NCBI RefSeq assembly: GCF_035084215.1
Contig: NC_090336.1
Coordinates: forward strand, 53,754,001-53,818,000
Length of the DNA stretch: 64,000 nucleotides
Source: Heptranchias perlo
Lineage: Eukaryota
Reading direction: 5' to 3'
Shown: positions 61,984-64,000 of the stretch, piece by piece
How positions within the stretch are numbered: position 1 is the stretch's first letter
Layout of the letters: the number at the start of each line of letters is the position of its first letter
The notes under the pieces: generated by a model
Databases searched by the model: none
The model's input: only the letters and a program-made list of their open reading frames with translations
Told to the model about the DNA's origin: nothing
Program-made: the position numbers and the translations under genes

Positions 61984-62949
61984 CTAAAAATACAGTCAGT
62001 GACTTTACAGTGATCACATGAAAAGCTAATCAACATTTGTAGAGACATTGTATATGTATCATTAACATTCTCCGCCCCAGCATAGGTTCCCCAATGCTGC
62101 CTGCCAGAATCATAATTTTGCAGCACAGAAAGAGGCTGTTCAGCCCATCGTGACTGTGCCAGTTCTCTGAAAGAACTATCCTCTTAGTTCCATTCCACTG
62201 CCCCTTTCTCATACTTTTTTCAAAATATTTATCTACCTCCCTTTTAAAACCTATTATGGGTTCTGTTTCCAGCACTATTTCTGGTAGGGTATTCCGCTGT
62301 GCAAAAGAAACATGTACAAACCTTTCCCTTTGATCTTTTGGTGCCCTCTAGTTAGCAACTCACTGACCAGTGGAAATGTACTCCTTCATTGGCTAACTGA
62401 AGCCGCTTTTACATAGCATCTGACCTTAAAAGATAACCTTAGAGCCTAGCATTTGTGAATCAGTTTGTGGCATTATGCTGTTAATTGTGCCAGTCTACAG
62501 AAACTGGATTTAACAACAAACATTGGAAGCCAGCTAACAGATGCCAGGCGTTTGGAATCCAGCTTAAAAGGCCAATACAAAAGCACTCTTCTGCCCCTAT
62601 ATACCCTCAGTTCATGCGGGTACTGCCTCCCATCCTTGTACACCTGTATTCTTCTCCCCATTACATCCAGTTCACACTGGCACTCATGCCCCACTCACTT
62701 CCCCCTCGATTCAAATTGGCACTCTTCTCCTGTTCTCTTCTCAGTTCAAGTTGGCACTCGTCGCCCTTCCCTCCCCAGTTCGTGCCTGCACGTTTAAAAT
62801 GAACTCATTTAGAGTTTATCATTCAAATCAGAACATTTAAAACAGCAATTACTTCATTAGTGCCTACCAATGTTGTCATCCATTGCAGTGCTCTGAGGCT
62901 CTTTCCAATGAATTTTTAACATTTCCGAGGAAACAGAAACATACTGTAC

Positions 62950-63154
62950 CTGCAGCACATTCACCAAGATCATGGAATTGGTCACTTGACCATAGAGCTC
63001 TTGCTGTTTGGCAGCAAAGGAAAGGTTAATAAGGGTCCATGCCACAATACCAGGACGACCATTAAAGAACAGCTTCAAGTCAAACCACTTTCCTATCCGT
63101 GGGTTAAATTCAATTCCCATCATGTAGTCGTAGAAAAAATTGTCAGTAAATTTG
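62950..63154 (-). CDS. DHCR7: 7-dehydrocholesterol reductase, internal exon
   Basis: ctttag|[50 protein letters not shown]|gtacag; 205 bp. Confidence 0.97.
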
Positions 63155-63364
63155 CTAAAGAAAGGGAATAAACAAGTAAATATTGTACTTCAGCTTTAAT
63201 AAAGTAATTAGCAATGCTAATATTTTTAAACTGTACTTTGTTCTCTTTATTCAGTTGTTTGTGGGCTACTCCATTACAGAAGGGTGGATCTATCCACTAG
63301 GCTTCTGCTCACCAAGGCCACCAATTTGCAGTTTTCAACAACAGTCCCAACAACAACAGCAACA

Positions 63365-64000
63365 ACATGCATTTACATAGTGCCTTTATTGTAGAAAAAT
63401 GCCCTAAGGTGCTTGAAAAGTTGTGATTGCATGGCCAAAGAAGGGAACATCAGGAGAGGTGATTAAAAGTTTGGTCAAAGAGGTAGGTTCTAAGTAGGGT
63501 TGTAAAAGAGGTGAAAAAGCAGAAAGGTTTAGGGAGGGAATTGCAAAGCGTATGGCCAAGGTGACTAAAGGTACGGCTATGAAGGGTGAGGCGAAGGGGA
63601 GGAGGGAGATGCATAACATGTCAGAGGAACTGAGAGTTTGGAGGGGGGTGGGGGTGGAGGGTGTAGTGCTGGAGAATGTTTCAGATAATGAGGGCTGAGG
63701 CTATGGACTGATTTAAACGAATAGAGGAGAATTTTAAATTTGAATCATTGGGAAACTGGGAGCCCAAGTAAGTCAGCAAGATAAAAGGTAATGTGCATGA
63801 TAGGTTTCAGGCTGCAGAGTTTTGGATGAGCTGAAGTTTTTTTTATATATTCGTTCATGGAATGTGGGTGTCGCTGGCAAGGCCAGCATTTACTGCCCAT
63901 CCTTAATGGAGGGTGAAGGATGGGAAGCCAGCCAGGAGATCATTGGAATAGTTGAGTCTGGAAACAATAACGGTATGGATGAAGGTTTCAGCAGCAGTTG
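63365..64000 (-). mobile_element. L2-type LINE 3' remnant with a short piece of the second LINE family
   Basis: CATTTACATAGTGCCTT tail, TTGGTCAAAGAGGTAGGTT block; GTCGCTGGCAAGGCCAGCATTT at ~63870. Confidence 0.6.

Overview
Vertebrate genomic DNA, most likely a cartilaginous fish (inferred from abundant CR1 LINEs, Deu-type SINEs and short Penelope-type repeats), mostly transposon-derived. There are two host genes, both on the minus strand. (1) The last three coding exons of DHCR7 (60139-63154). (2) A PR/SET + C2H2 zinc-finger gene of the PRDM7/9-PRDM11-PRDM17(ZNF408) group, assembled by hand from 7-8 phase-compatible exons (about 1996-21314), with a probable CpG-island promoter near 46.5-46.9 kb. 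Its fingers come from tandem copies of one symmetric 4-finger exon: two open, nearly identical copies and a third dead copy. Its zinc knuckle and one catalytic tyrosine are substituted. Just upstream of the first coding exon lies a 14.9-kb decayed env-bearing LTR element (21808-36712). It contains a 26-copy 30-bp hairpin minisatellite in its leader, coiled-coil/gag, integrase and env remnants, nested insertions (CR1 > Harbinger and a solo LTR), and an intron-less fragment of the host ERLEC1 mRNA. All calls are by eye; no database searches were run, and boundaries of old repeats are approximate.
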